Assembly (NCBI RefSeq): GCF_009914755.1 | Contig: NC_060934.1 | Strand: one strand, 5' to 3' | Source of the DNA: the human T2T-CHM13v2.0 reference genome, Homo sapiens | DNA: 64,000 nt | Shown here: positions 63,314-64,000 of the stretch, in pieces | Position numbering within the stretch: the first letter of the stretch is position 1 | Layout: each line of letters opens with the position of its first letter | Notes under the pieces: generated by a model | What the model saw: only the letters and a program-made list of their open reading frames with translations | The model's database searches: none | Told to the model about the DNA's origin: nothing | Translations under genes and position numbers: made by a program

Positions 63314-64000
63314 TTGCAAAGGAGGCAGGTATGGTCTGATGCTCAGACAATATCATCAGGGCCCTCTCTTTTCCTCAATCTCTCCACCTGTCCATTGCTG
63401 TCTGGGTGTCATTCCATAGGGTCCTTCTTCATTGCATGCTCAAGGCCACTTTTGCTCTGAGTCACATCCTTTCAGCTCATGTTTCAAAGGCAGATAAGTA
63501 GCCTCTCAGTCCCTACATCCATATACAGGGTTTCAGAGAAATACTGACTGTTCCATCTTGGGTCGCATACTTGCCCCTCGTCACATGCTCATGACCGTCA
63601 CCGCACCCAGAGGAATGAGGGGGACTGTAATTTTCCAGACTTGTATCACTGCCCATTCCAAGAACCACTGGATGGAGGACGTGGGTGCTATGATTAGAAA
63701 CCTCCCAGAACCTCATGGAATGGGGAAGTCAGAGCTCCTTAATGTAAAGAAGGCTGTGTCCAAAAGCAGAGGAGCAAGGGATGCTGGCCACAATGCTGTT
63801 CCAAATACACACAGCGCAACAGTTCGCTCCCAAGTAGACTGAATTCTAATCACAGCCATAAGACTAGTAGCTTTAACAACGGAGAGGCATTGGTAATAGC
63901 GAGAGAGTTTAGTGTCGTGGTTGATATCATGGGTTTGAGAGTCAATTGCGGGCACCTATACACCAGTCAAAACAAATATGTTTCAATATTTTAACAGTGC

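Overview
Primate (very probably human) non-coding genomic DNA, intergenic or intronic; I cannot name the locus. I find no supportable protein-coding exon. The supplied ORFs are translations of Alu, L1, LTR or low-complexity sequence, or short chance ORFs. The window is a layered transposon landscape: about 37 Alu-derived elements (J, S and Y ages), several L1 fragments including a twin-priming-type inversion, MaLR/ERVL/ERV1 LTRs (MLT1, MST, THE1, MLT2, MER4, LTR16-like), MIR/L2 relics and DNA-transposon MITEs (MER45A, Tigger3, MER81, MER91, MER5). The most notable items are two tail-less, 3'-truncated small-RNA retrocopies with target-site duplications (U2 snRNA at ~40.7 kb, 5S rRNA at ~45.4 kb), a MaLR internal region bounded by LTRs of two different families, two ~150-bp local dispersed duplications, one target site hit successively by an L1 and an Alu, a ~380-bp AT-rich minisatellite apparently grown from an Alu tail, and several motif-rich unique islands that may be enhancers. 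I do not see evidence for a new biological system. Subfamily names come from recalled consensus sequences, not a database search, and the boundaries of old repeats are approximate.
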